A DNA stretch of 64,000 bases from an uncultured Chloroflexia bacterium (GCA_963774265.1 CAVZDU010000007.1:160001-224000); one strand, 5' to 3'. Positions 1 through 9,527 are shown, numbered from the stretch's first letter. Numbers and translations: made by a program. Notes: a model not told the origin generated them from the sequence alone.

Positions 1-1271
1 CAGACGTCGAACACGTCTGTCTGGAGGCGCGTCTGCACCTCCAGCGGACGATAGGTCAGCCGGAGGCCGCCGATCTCACCCCCGCGCACACCGAGACTCG
101 TCCCGCCGGAACCAGTCAATTCGCAGATGCGAATGGCGGTCTCCGGTTCGGGGACGGATAGTGCCCGCACGGTTGACACAGCCTCCGCTGATTGTCGCAG
201 CAGCGATTCGAACTGGCCTTCTGCTTCCTTGTCTGGCATGTAGCCGTTCAATTTCTTACCGATGATGTTCAGCACATCGAATAGCCGCAGACCTTCCTGG
301 ATTTCCTCGCGGACAGCCCATCGCAGCGCGAAGCGGTTGGGGCGCTGCCGGCTCAGGGCAGCAAAAAAAGCCTGGTTGAACTCCGCGGCCTGCCGGCGCA
401 GCTCGTTATCCGCGACCTCCTTGGCAATCGCGTGATTGACCAGCGATGGCAGGGTCTCGTATTCCAACGACTGCGACAGTGCGCCGATGGCGTAGCCCTG
501 GAATTCGTGCGCTTCGTCAATCACCAGCAGCGGGCGCACGGGCAGCGCCGTGTTGTCCTGGTGCAATGCATTGAAACAGAACACCGCGTGATTGGTGATG
601 ACCAGGTCAGCCTGTTGCGCTGCCGAACGAGCGCGCTCGAAGAAGCACGAGCGGTATTCCGGGCACTTGAATCCCTCGCACGCGTGATGATCGACAGTCA
701 GACCTGCAGCCAGGCCGGGCGGCAGGCCCATTTCCTCCACATCTCCCGATGGCGCCCGCGCCAGTCCCTCCTGTACGCGCTCGTAATCGCCGCCGAAACC
801 GTAGAGCTTGCGTTGTCGTGGAGTGAGACCGCGCATCCGCAGCGCGCAGAGGTAATTGGAGCGGCCCTTGAGTAACGCGACAGAGAAGGATCGTGGTGCG
901 ATTTCGCGAAGGGCTGGCACGTCCTTGTGCCACAGCTGGGCCATCAGCGCCTTGTTTGATGTGCTGACGACCGTGGGCGTCCCGGACCAGATCGCAGGAA
1001 TGAGGTAGGCGAAGGACTTGCCGATGCCGGTGCCCGCTTCGATCAACGCGTGGCCCGGCTGCCGCAACAGGTGGGCGATATGCTCCGCCATTTGAACCTG
1101 GCCGGGACGAGGGCGATACCGGTCGCCCAGGACGCGGTGCACGGCGCCGCTGGTGGCGAAAATTGGCGCCATATCGGGACAGTCGACGGGCTGCGCAACG
1201 GCATCCTCTTCCGCCAGCTCGTCGGCGATTTCGACTTCTTCGTCGATGAAGGGATCATTGATCGGTTCCAT
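1..1271 (-). CDS. dinG: ATP-dependent DNA helicase, DinG/YoaA family with Fe-S cluster (runs off window edge, C-terminus missing)
   Basis: Hand translation of the minus strand from ATG 1271 gives RPRPGQ (Q motif), ALIEAGTGIGKSFAYLIP (Walker A), KGRSNYLC...CEGFKCPEYRSCFF (4 Cys), ITNHA and VIDEAH. Absent from the ORF track because it has no stop in the window. Confidence 0.9.
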   Translation of the reverse strand, partial: MEPINDPFIDEEVEIADELAEEDAVAQPVDCPDMAPIFATSGAVHRVLGDRYRPRPGQVQMAEHIAHLLRQPGHALIEAGTGIGKSFAYLIPAIWSGTPTVVSTSNKALMAQLWHKDVPALREIAPRSFSVALLKGRSNYLCALRMRGLTPRQRKLYGFGGDYERVQEGLARAPSGDVEEMGLPPGLAAGLTVDHHACEGFKCPEYRSCFFERARSAAQQADLVITNHAVFCFNALHQDNTALPVRPLLVIDEAHEFQGYAIGALSQSLEYETLPSLVNHAIAKEVADNELRRQAAEFNQAFFAALSRQRPNRFALRWAVREEIQEGLRLFDVLNIIGKKLNGYMPDKEAEGQFESLLRQSAEAVSTVRALSVPEPETAIRICELTGSGGTSLGVRGGEIGGLRLTYRPLEVQTRLQTDVFDV

Positions 1272-1279
1272 TCAGCTGC

Positions 1280-2521
1280 TCATAGGGCCTCAGCGAAGAG
1301 GCATTTCAGATAGGCTCCCTCGCGAAAGCGTATGGGATGGTCGATTGCATGCCCCGTGCGTTCGATTTCCCGCAGAGGCCTTCGGATGCCCGTCGCGGCG
1401 CGATTCACGGTGGCGAAGAACAGATCCGCTGTCACCCGGCTCGAGCAGGATGCAAGCACCACCCTGCTGCCTGGATCAGTAACCCTCAGCGCCAATTCGG
1501 TCAGCCGGGTATAGGCTTGCAGCGCATTGCTGACCTCGCTTTCGCGTTTGGCGAACGCGGGGGGGTCAACGATGACGAGGTCGAATTTTTCCCCCCGACG
1601 ACGGAGATCGGTAAGCGTTTCGAATGCATCGGCGACGATGAGCGTATGCCTGCACGCGGCCACTGCCGGATGATCTCTATTCAGAGCGAAGTTGCGGCTC
1701 GCATCGGCCAGCGCTGGCGCACTCACATCGATGCTCGTGACCGCAGGCGCCCCACCTCGCGCCGCATAGAGCGAGAAGCCGCCCGTGTAGGCGAAGATGT
1801 TGAGCGTGCGCCGGCCTCGAGCGAGCGTTTCGACGCGGCCACGATTGTCGCGCTGATCCAGGAAGAAGCCGGTTTTCTGGCCGCGCACTACATCTGCGGC
1901 GAACAGCAAGCCGTTCTCCAAGAACTCTATTGGACTTTCGGGCGCTTCGCCCACCAGGGCGAACCCGTCCTCCAAACCGAACAGATCGCCCGGATGAGCC
2001 AGTACATCGCGACTGAGACGCAGGATGATGCGCTGGGCTGGGATGACCTCGCCCAGCGCAGCGATCAGATGTCTGAGCCAGGGGATCCACGCGACGGTGT
2101 ACAGCTTGAGGACGAGCGTCCCAGAATAGCGATCAATGACCACGCCCGGCAGCCCATCGTTCTCGCCGTGAACCAGGCGGTATCCATTTGTGTTGGTCCC
2201 GGTGAGGGGCGCACGGAGGGCGGCCGCGTCGGACAGGCGGGCAATCAGCCACGCGACATCGATGGCCTCAGGTGCACCGTGCTGCAGGATGCGCACCCGC
2301 AAAGGCGAGCCGGGATCGTACAGCCCAATTGCCAGAAAGCGGCGGTGATCATCGAAGATGACAGCCAAATCGCCCGGGCGGCCGTCGCCACTGATCGCTG
2401 TGACTGCCTGGTCGAACACCCAGGGATGGCCCTGGCGCAACGCGCGCTCGGCCGCGAGCGTCACGCGGACTGCGAGCCGTTTCTCCTGGGGGATCGGCAA
2501 TTGCGAAAGGTCAACCGGCAT
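1280..2521 (-). CDS. rlmI: RlmI/RlmK-like class I SAM-dependent rRNA methyltransferase with PUA-like N-terminus
   Basis: GHPWVF, YRLVHGENDGLPGVVIDRY, GQKTGFFLDQRDNR, FAYTGGFS, VDPPAF, SCS, YLKC motifs. Confidence 0.85.
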   Translation of the reverse strand: MPVDLSQLPIPQEKRLAVRVTLAAERALRQGHPWVFDQAVTAISGDGRPGDLAVIFDDHRRFLAIGLYDPGSPLRVRILQHGAPEAIDVAWLIARLSDAAALRAPLTGTNTNGYRLVHGENDGLPGVVIDRYSGTLVLKLYTVAWIPWLRHLIAALGEVIPAQRIILRLSRDVLAHPGDLFGLEDGFALVGEAPESPIEFLENGLLFAADVVRGQKTGFFLDQRDNRGRVETLARGRRTLNIFAYTGGFSLYAARGGAPAVTSIDVSAPALADASRNFALNRDHPAVAACRHTLIVADAFETLTDLRRRGEKFDLVIVDPPAFAKRESEVSNALQAYTRLTELALRVTDPGSRVVLASCSSRVTADLFFATVNRAATGIRRPLREIERTGHAIDHPIRFREGAYLKCLFAEAL

Positions 2522-2635
2522 TTCGAAACCGATTCATATGCCACAGTAGTATAACATCATCGCCGGGCTAGCGTATTTTCGTGTGCAATTAGACTCGGTT
2601 CCAGATTGTGTTGGTCGGTGTAGCGACAGGGGCTA

Positions 2636-2664
2636 TTGACAAAAATGGGCCAAACGGCCATTGT
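2636..2664 (+). promoter_or_regulatory. Candidate sigma70 promoter of the outer transposase
   Basis: TTGACA (2636-2641), 17 bp, CATTGT (2659-2664), 36 bp upstream of ATG 2701. Confidence 0.45.
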
Positions 2665-2744
2665 GTAGTTGTGACACCGCACAAGAAAGCCGCACGGCCC
2701 ATGAACATTATAGAGCGAGGCAGGGCACACCTGCAATCCTTAGT

Positions 2745-4530
2745 TGTAATGGGATCATACGTTTGTCCTCTACATAGGGCAGAGAGGTTTGTCCGGTTGG
2801 CGCGGTGGCTTCCACGGGCAAGTCGTGATCCAGGCCTGCTGGGGGGTGTAGACCTCCAGACCGATGTCGGTGGGGACCACGGCGAGCGTTTGGCCCTTGT
2901 GGCCGATGCCGACGAAGTAGAGGCGGTTGTGAAAGGAAATCTGGCCGTTCTGGTTGACGCGGCGACTTGGCAGAGTGCAGTTCGTTGTTGGTGACGTAGG
3001 AGGGGTCTTGGGCTGCGCGGGAGTGGCTTTGGTGGGCGGTTGCGGATACAGATGCTTACAGGGTAAGGTCTTCTGCGTGCCATCAGGTAGGCTGACCGTC
3101 CAGGTATCCTGGCTGCGTTGGATGGTCAGGGTCTGACCGGTCCAGGCGATCCCGACATAGTAACGGTAGCACTGAAGCGTCAGACAGCCTGCGCGATCTA
3201 TCTTGCGGCGCACGGGCTGCGGCAGGGCTGGTGGCGGCGGTGGTACGGCTGGTTGCACGGCTTGTGCGTGGAGGTCCCAGGTACGTTGCCAGCCATCCGC
3301 CACTTGACCGACGGCCGACCAGCCAGTGACCGTCACGGTGATGGCCTGGTGCGCATAGCGCCGGCTGAACGGCAAGCTGCGGCCGGCCAGGCGGATGTGT
3401 CCGTTGGCATCTACTTGCCGGGATAGCACCAGGGACTCTTGGGTGAAGGGCACTTGCGCAGGATCGAAACCGGCCGGTACGCGGCGTGCACTCGATTGAT
3501 AGACCGTCACCGGGGGCTGATCCTGACAGCGGCTGTGACAGCGCTGCTCGTTGTAGAAGTGGCGGGCTGTTTCGACGGCCTGCGGCAGCTGCGGGTCATC
3601 GCCCGGCGGCAAGACGACTTCCTGGCGACACGTGCGCACATAGCGTTCGACGACGCCGTTCCACCAAGGCTGTTTGGGGCCCACTAACAGGTGATAGACG
3701 CCCAAGGCGCTGAGCACGCGCGTCAGGGGACTCGGTAGGCCGCTCACCCCGTCGTACCACAGCTTGTCATGATCGGTCTTGACGATTCGGGGCAGACCAT
3801 ACTGCTGGGCGACATTCAGAAAGCTGTGCACGACCAACGCCTCGCTCAAGCGTTGCGCCGTCAGCTGGCCCAACTCAAAACGGCTATGCAGATCCAGCCA
3901 ATGCAGGGTGTACCAGATACTCCCGTCCGGGAGGTGCGTTTCGTGGATGTCCGCCGCCCAGATCAGGTTGCAGGTCAGGTAGTCGATGTGCCGCGGCGGG
4001 GGGCGCTCCGACGCTGGGGCGGGCGGATCCAGTTCCGGATGGCGAGCCAGGACCCGCCGCACGCGGCCGACACTAACCCAGCGTTGGCGTTCGGGCTCGT
4101 TACGCCACTGCCAGCGCAGTTGCTTGGCAATCTGGCGTCGCCCCCAAGCCCCGTGGGCTTGTTTCAACGCACACATCGCCACCTCGATCTCGGGCGGTGT
4201 CTGTTGCGGCGAGCGCTGCGGCCGGGACGAATGATCGCACAGGCTGGTCATCCCGACCGCCGCATCATAGCGGCCCACCGTGCGGCGCACCCAACGCACC
4301 GGACGCTGCAACCTGGCCGCAATCTCACACTGACGCAGCCCACGCTGTTGCAGTTCGATGGCCAAACAGCGATCAGCGTAATCTCGAGCCGGACATCGTG
4401 GCATGGCAGCACCCCCTCGCTCCACAAAGGAAGTACTGCCAGCTTAGGCGATTTATCTGTCGTCGATCAAGGGCAAGAGGACAAACGTCTGTGCCCACTC
4501 TGTAGAGGACAAACCTCTCTGCCCACTACA
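2745..4530 (-). mobile_element. IS481-family-like insertion sequence (1786 bp)
   Basis: TGT...ACA termini, about 30-bp imperfect IRs (TGTAATGGGATCATACGTTTGTCCTCTACA vs TGTAGTGGGCAGAGAGGTTTGTCCTCTACA), and a 7-bp target duplication CCTTAGT at 2738-2744 and 4531-4537. Confidence 0.9.
2770..4404 (-). CDS. IS481-like transposase: HTH, rve integrase core, three C-terminal beta-domain repeats (alternative start GTG 4425)
   Basis: SRPQRSP, WGRRQI, DDE motifs IWAADIH / VKTDHD / NGVVERYVRT, YNEQRCHS. GAGGGGG RBS-like sequence upstream of ATG 4404. Confidence 0.88.
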   Translation of the reverse strand: MPRCPARDYADRCLAIELQQRGLRQCEIAARLQRPVRWVRRTVGRYDAAVGMTSLCDHSSRPQRSPQQTPPEIEVAMCALKQAHGAWGRRQIAKQLRWQWRNEPERQRWVSVGRVRRVLARHPELDPPAPASERPPPRHIDYLTCNLIWAADIHETHLPDGSIWYTLHWLDLHSRFELGQLTAQRLSEALVVHSFLNVAQQYGLPRIVKTDHDKLWYDGVSGLPSPLTRVLSALGVYHLLVGPKQPWWNGVVERYVRTCRQEVVLPPGDDPQLPQAVETARHFYNEQRCHSRCQDQPPVTVYQSSARRVPAGFDPAQVPFTQESLVLSRQVDANGHIRLAGRSLPFSRRYAHQAITVTVTGWSAVGQVADGWQRTWDLHAQAVQPAVPPPPPALPQPVRRKIDRAGCLTLQCYRYYVGIAWTGQTLTIQRSQDTWTVSLPDGTQKTLPCKHLYPQPPTKATPAQPKTPPTSPTTNCTLPSRRVNQNGQISFHNRLYFVGIGHKGQTLAVVPTDIGLEVYTPQQAWITTCPWKPPRQPDKPLCPM

Positions 4531-5790
4531 CCTTAGTGGCGCTGGCCAAGCGCAGCGTTTGGGACTGGAAGCGCTGTCCGACCTGTGGCGGGACGTGGAC
4601 GAGTTGCTGGGGCACGTATCCCCGTCACCCCTGGTTCCTGGATCGGGGCCGGCAGGAGGTGCGCATCCAGCGCCACAAGTGCTACGCCTGCAACAAGACG
4701 TATTCGGAGCGGTCGGCCCTGCTGGTGCGCGGTAGTTGGTATGCCCGGGACGTTCACCGTTGTGCGGTCGACCACTGGCAACACGGCGGCACCTCATTAC
4801 GGCGGACGGCGGAGTTGCTGCGCTCCTGGTTGGGGCACCAGGAACGTTGGTTGCTCTGGCGACCGCTGGATCCCGAGAGCGGCGAGCGGTGTTATTTGGC
4901 GGCCAGCACCGTGCAGCGCTGGCTGGACGGGGCCGGCAAAACGGCTCAAGCCAGCGTGGACGGGCAACTAGCGGGCATTGCCCACACGCACGCGGTGGGC
5001 ACGGACGGCTTATGGGCCAAGCTGAAAGGCAAGGCGCAGCGGGTCGTGCTGCTCATCGTGGACAGCGTTACCGGCCTGGTCTATCCGCCAGTCGTGGCCA
5101 AAGGCGAAGGGTCGGTAGGACCGTGGCAGCGGCTGTTTGAACGGGCTAAGCGGGCCGGACTGGACGTGGATGCCCTGCGCGGCGCAACGTCCGATGGCGC
5201 ACAGGGGCTGCTGGCTTACTTGCGCCGGAGCCTCGCCTGGGTCCAGCATCAGCGCTGCGTCTGGCATTTGTGGCGCAACCTGGGAGGCGAGCTCGCCAAA
5301 GCCGCCAGCGAAGCGGCGGGCGACCTGACCGGCGAAGCTGCCGAGCACATCCGCAAGCAAACCCGAGATGAGTTGGGCGGGCTGATTCACAAGATCATGG
5401 ACGCCCAGAGTTACACTGAGGCGGAAGCAGCGTTAGCCACGCTGCTGGGGCATCCGCTAGGCGCAACCCTCGGCAAGCTGCTCAATGAGCAACTCGATCG
5501 GGTACTCGTGCACCTGCTGGCTTACTACCAAGGCTTGCAGCGGGTGACACCCGAGTGGTACTGGCGAGATTTTCGCTTACGACTCAGCCGCGGCCGCAAC
5601 CACCGCTCGGATCAGCGCCTGGAGCGGGCGACCCTGGTCTGGGCGATCTACCATAACTTCGAGCCCGCTCAAGGGAGGTCTGAGCGTAAACGTCATTACC
5701 GGCATCCCGGCCAAAGTGCCCTCCAAGTCGCCGGCGTGCCACCCGGAAAAGTGAGCTACCTGGACGCTTTGGGCGTGTAAACGCCCACGG

Positions 5791-5831
5791 TCCCGTCGCT
5801 TGTCGCCCCTTACCGGCGGCGAGCGACGGGA
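5791..5831 (+). terminator. Strong GC-rich hairpin in the 3' non-coding end of the outer IS
   Basis: TCCCGTCGCTTGTCGCC pairs with GGCGGCGAGCGACGGGA (two G-U pairs). No U-tract. Confidence 0.45.
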
Positions 5832-5976
5832 GGCAAAGTCTGCGCAGCCGTCTGCCGATTATCACCTACCAACAGGCCGACTCGGTCCGCCAACATAGGA
5901 CGGAACCGAGTCTGCAATTATGCGTTGCTATCATCGTCTGCTATCGTTGTCTGAACAACATTGGAAAGGTAGGCGC

Positions 5977-7533
5977 ATGCATGCACCGCTTTACTGGCTG
6001 GCGTTAGCCGTTCTCTTCTTCCTTCCGCAGCCCAGACCTGCGGGTGACGTTGAAACCATACGGGATATCGGGCTCGTGTCGGAAGGCGTCGGGTGGCTTC
6101 AGGCGGGCAACCGATTGGTCTGGACGGCTAACGAGGGCCAGGATTGGCGCGAGCTCGGTACGGTCGAGGGAGAACTCCTGACAGCCGACTTCGTCTCGCC
6201 GCTGCTGGGGTGGGTTATCGCAATCGCACCGGGGATGACCGGAGATGACGCTCTCACGATGGCCCGCACGCGGGATGGCGGCGTGACCTGGCAGAGGGCA
6301 GCCTTATCGCTTTCTGCCTCAGATTATCCTGACCTGATCGCCTCCGGATTTGAGCTTAACTTCGCCGATGCCGACCAGGGGATTCTGCGAATCGACCACC
6401 CATCGAGCAGTAACTTCGAGCGGTGGTCGGAGTGGCGGACGATCGACGGAGGAACAACCTGGGAGCATCTGGATTCTGGCGGCCGTCACGACTTACTGGC
6501 GCATCCGCTAACGGATGATCGGACTGCAGCGGCCGAAACCCTTGCCGGCGGATATGCGTGGCGACGCTACGACGAAGGTCGGTGCGAGGATTCAGGAACT
6601 GGGCGACGCTGCCGGTCCGTGAACGGCGTCCGTGTGACCCATGATGACGGTCGCACCTGGATAGAGTTGCCTCTGCCGAAGGGCGTGGGTGGCGAGCGGC
6701 AATGGACGGTGGACCAGGCCGCTGCCGGGGCCGCCGCGACGGAGCCGAATCGAACGGCCATCGCCAGCGGCCAGGGATTCGACAAGTGTGAGATCGCGAC
6801 GTTGGAGCAGTTGCTCGATTGGCGGGCGAACAGCCCATACAGTGCGGTGAACCTGTACATCGGCGGGGTGATGGCCGTGTGCAGCAATCGGGGCTTGAAT
6901 GCGGACTACTTGCGGACGCTGAAGTCGATGGGTTGGACCTTCATTCCTACCTGGGTTGGACCGCAGTCACCCTGTTTCCCGGATGGCCGATTGATCAGTA
7001 CCAATCCTGCAGTTGCCCAGGGCCAGGGTGTGGTCGAGGCAAACGCAGCGGCCGACACCCTGGCGCGCCTGGGCCTGGCCGAGGAAGATGGCACGGGCAG
7101 CATCGTCTACTACGATATGGAGTACTACCCGTCCAGCGAATCGTGCAACGCGTCCGTGCAGGCATTCATGACCGGCTGGACGCAACAACTGCAGAGCCGT
7201 GGACACCTGTCGGGAGTCTACGGCGTCGGCTCTATGTTGCGGCTGTTGGCGAATCTCGCCCCGCCACCCAATGCAATCTGGGCCGCAAACTGGGTCTACA
7301 GCAGTTATGAGCCGAGCGCATCGGTGTGGGATGTCTACAATCTGCCCGATGGCCTGTGGGTGTATCACCAGCGACTGCGACAGTACACCGGCGGGCACAA
7401 CGAAACGTGGGGCACAACGACGCTCAACATCGACTCGAACGCACTCGACGGGCCTGTCGCTGTAATTGGACCCGCGCCACGAACGGCAACGCCGGCCGCG
7501 CGGGTCTACCTGCCGCTGATCCTGACGGATTAG
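5977..7533 (+). CDS. Secreted BNR-repeat + DUF1906 (Rv2525c-like glycoside hydrolase, putative peptidoglycan hydrolase) protein
   Basis: Hydrophobic N-terminus. BNR boxes [29 protein letters not shown]...[49 protein letters not shown]-terminal RVYLPLI. Confidence 0.8.
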   Translation: MHAPLYWLALAVLFFLPQPRPAGDVETIRDIGLVSEGVGWLQAGNRLVWTANEGQDWRELGTVEGELLTADFVSPLLGWVIAIAPGMTGDDALTMARTRDGGVTWQRAALSLSASDYPDLIASGFELNFADADQGILRIDHPSSSNFERWSEWRTIDGGTTWEHLDSGGRHDLLAHPLTDDRTAAAETLAGGYAWRRYDEGRCEDSGTGRRCRSVNGVRVTHDDGRTWIELPLPKGVGGERQWTVDQAAAGAAATEPNRTAIASGQGFDKCEIATLEQLLDWRANSPYSAVNLYIGGVMAVCSNRGLNADYLRTLKSMGWTFIPTWVGPQSPCFPDGRLISTNPAVAQGQGVVEANAAADTLARLGLAEEDGTGSIVYYDMEYYPSSESCNASVQAFMTGWTQQLQSRGHLSGVYGVGSMLRLLANLAPPPNAIWAANWVYSSYEPSASVWDVYNLPDGLWVYHQRLRQYTGGHNETWGTTTLNIDSNALDGPVAVIGPAPRTATPAARVYLPLILTD

Positions 7534-7580
7534 TCCGTCACAGAAACCTACCAGGCCCCGAGGACCTCACAGGTCTCCTG

Positions 7581-8612
7581 TTAGGGAAGCTCCATGACCC
7601 ACAGGTTACGGTCGCGACTTTCCACATAGGCGACGTAGCGGCCATCCGGTGACACACGCCAGTCGCCATTGGCGATCTTGAACGGCGTTTGGTCCGCGCT
7701 TGTGAGCGGGGCCATCTCCAGCGTTTCGGGGTCGAGCTGCCAGAGCTCGTGAAATCTGGCTTGGGGGCGAAACGGGACGATTAACAGGCGATCCTCGCCG
7801 CCGAGCGGCCGCCACTGATACGCCCCGAACGCATCGCGGGGCAGCGCCTTCGGCTTGCCGCCCCTCGTGCTCGCCAGCCAGAGGCTATTTCCGCCGTCAG
7901 CGTTGAAGGTAGTGTAGTACACCACCCAGCGGCCTGAGGCTGATAGGACCGCGCTGCGAAGCCTTTCGGCGCGCGCCAGTTCCGTGAGCCGCCCGTTAGC
8001 CAGGGCCAGCGACCACAACACCTGCTCTTTGGTCGATTTGGGATCCTGTCCGGTGACCAGGAGCGCGTCGCCCGAGATCCAGCCGTTCAGACTGCCGCGG
8101 CGCACCGATGCCACCCGTTTCGCACCGGAGCCGTCGACTGCTGCCACCCAGATCGCGGCCACCTGTCGCTCGGGCGAGAGGCTGTCGTCAGAGATGCTCC
8201 ATGCGATGCGTTTGAAGTCAGGAGAAAAGAGCACGTTTCGCCCCTGGGCCGGCACGCGCCACTTCTTGCCGTCTGACAGACGCACGAGGCTGGTCGTCGT
8301 GCCGCTGGTTTCGACCCGGTAGCCACCCACGATCCGGCTATCTTCGATGCGCTCGGAAACGAGACGGGGACCTTGCTTCGCGTCACCCACATCCACGCCA
8401 TAAATGCCGAGCTTGCCCCCGGCAGGCCGGTCGATGTAGCGCACCTGCTCCCCGTCCGGAGACCAGAAGGGCTGCGTGCAACAACCGCCGGACGTCAAGC
8501 GCACTGCAACCGGGGGCACTGCGGCCATCGGCGCGGCCGCCTTGCCGGTGGAGGCCAATCCGAAAGGCGAAAGCAGCAGAATAGAAGAGAGCAAGACTGC
8601 GAAGTGTCTCAT
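7581..8612 (-). CDS. Secreted TolB/PD40-like beta-propeller protein
   Basis: Signal peptide and repeated WSPDG / FSPDF / LSASGRW / VSPDGRYVAY blades. Confidence 0.75.
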   Translation of the reverse strand: MRHFAVLLSSILLLSPFGLASTGKAAAPMAAVPPVAVRLTSGGCCTQPFWSPDGEQVRYIDRPAGGKLGIYGVDVGDAKQGPRLVSERIEDSRIVGGYRVETSGTTTSLVRLSDGKKWRVPAQGRNVLFSPDFKRIAWSISDDSLSPERQVAAIWVAAVDGSGAKRVASVRRGSLNGWISGDALLVTGQDPKSTKEQVLWSLALANGRLTELARAERLRSAVLSASGRWVVYYTTFNADGGNSLWLASTRGGKPKALPRDAFGAYQWRPLGGEDRLLIVPFRPQARFHELWQLDPETLEMAPLTSADQTPFKIANGDWRVSPDGRYVAYVESRDRNLWVMELP

Positions 8613-8615
8613 GGT

Positions 8616-9347
8616 TTACCTCGTCCTCGGCCACGGATTGCGGAAGTCATTGAGCAATCTCCCGCCGGTCACCGCGGGCGGCTGGTCGTCCAACTGCTGC
8701 CATTTGCGGGGGTCGTCCAGGTCGCGTTCGAAGCCGCGACCGAAGCTGCCGACGAGCGCCAGGTTGTCCCAGTCCGCACGCATCAGCGGGATGGGATTGT
8801 ATTTCCATGAGCGGCCGGGATAATCGCGCACCTCCAGGTGCAGATGCGGCCTGCCGGAGCAGGTCTCATCCGGGTCGCCGCTAAGTGCGATCACTTCACC
8901 CTGCTTGACTCGCTGACCGGGCGCCAGCTTCGGACGCTCCAGCAAGTGGCCATAGAGCGTCGAGTATTTGAGTTCCGGGTGGTCGATGATCAGGTTATGC
9001 GGCGCGGAACCGTAAGCGCGCGCATCGACCAGGCCGACGACGCCGTCCGCCACGGCGACGATGGGCGTGCCGCAGGGAGCAGAGAGATCGATGCCGAAGT
9101 GAATTCCCTGGCTGTACCGGTAGGTCGTGGCGCGGTTGAAATATGCGCCCACCGTGTTGCCATACGTTTGGCCGAGCAGCCACGTGTCAGGGCCGGGCGG
9201 GTCGCGGAATGGCAAGATGAAGGGGCGGTCGGGCGGCTGCGAAGACTGCGCCTGTAGCGGCACAGGCGCAGCCAGGAGCAGAGAAACGAATAACCAGCCA
9301 AGAACAATGCGCCCGGGCCGGAAAAGTCGGATGTCGTATCGTGCCAT
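8616..9347 (-). CDS. M23 family metallopeptidase (secreted)
   Basis: HFGIDL...GTPIVAVADG, YGHL, VKQGEVIALSG, PHLHLEVR motifs. Confidence 0.88.
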   Translation of the reverse strand: MARYDIRLFRPGRIVLGWLFVSLLLAAPVPLQAQSSQPPDRPFILPFRDPPGPDTWLLGQTYGNTVGAYFNRATTYRYSQGIHFGIDLSAPCGTPIVAVADGVVGLVDARAYGSAPHNLIIDHPELKYSTLYGHLLERPKLAPGQRVKQGEVIALSGDPDETCSGRPHLHLEVRDYPGRSWKYNPIPLMRADWDNLALVGSFGRGFERDLDDPRKWQQLDDQPPAVTGGRLLNDFRNPWPRTR

Positions 9348-9527
9348 GTCGATGCATCTCCCAATAGGACTTTGCGCAGAATTGGCTTGATTATAGCGGA
9401 CGGTCCGTCTTTGAACTGTAGCACACAGCACGAATGCCTGCGAAAGCGACAGGATATTGAGCGGAGCTTGTGGTAGAATAGCACGTTCGAGATGGCCGAC
9501 AAGGGGATACTCGATTGGAGCTAATCA

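Larger units (their letters stand above)
2701..5780 (+). pseudogene. DDE transposase (N-terminal Zn ribbon, Mutator/IS256-like CxxH) interrupted at codon 15 by IS481-like element; segments 2701-2744 + 4538-5780
   Basis: Removing 2745-4537 fuses MNIIERGRAHLQSLV in frame to ALAKRSVWDWKRCPTC (428 aa). Motifs CPTC...CYAC, VGTDG, ATSDG, HQRCVWHLWRN. Confidence 0.88.
2592..5912 (+). mobile_element. Outer insertion sequence (Mutator/IS256-like DDE element) carrying a nested IS481-like element
   Basis: Terminal IRs GACTCGGTTCC (2592-2602) and GGAACCGAGTC (5902-5912), imperfect match extending to about 23 bp. Flanking direct repeat TGCAATTA at 2584-2591 and 5913-5920 (alternative reading: 6-bp GCAATT with 12-bp IR). 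Confidence 0.88.

Noticed and set aside
1-1271. DinG as part of a type IV CRISPR or defence system
   Set aside because: It has the four Fe-S cysteines and sits in an operon with rlmI like a housekeeping DinG/YoaA. No cas genes or array are visible, although downstream context is outside the window.
1337-2554. Long antisense ORFs (e.g. 1337-2554, 11637-13079, 59939-61435, 61547-63220)
   Set aside because: They are shadow frames opposite well-supported genes, expected in high-GC DNA, with no recognisable motifs.
2592-5912. Two-gene composite transposon or RNA-guided (TnpB/IscB/IS110) element
   Set aside because: Separate IRs and target duplications show simple nesting of two IS elements. No RuvC, HNH or DEDD motifs were recognised.
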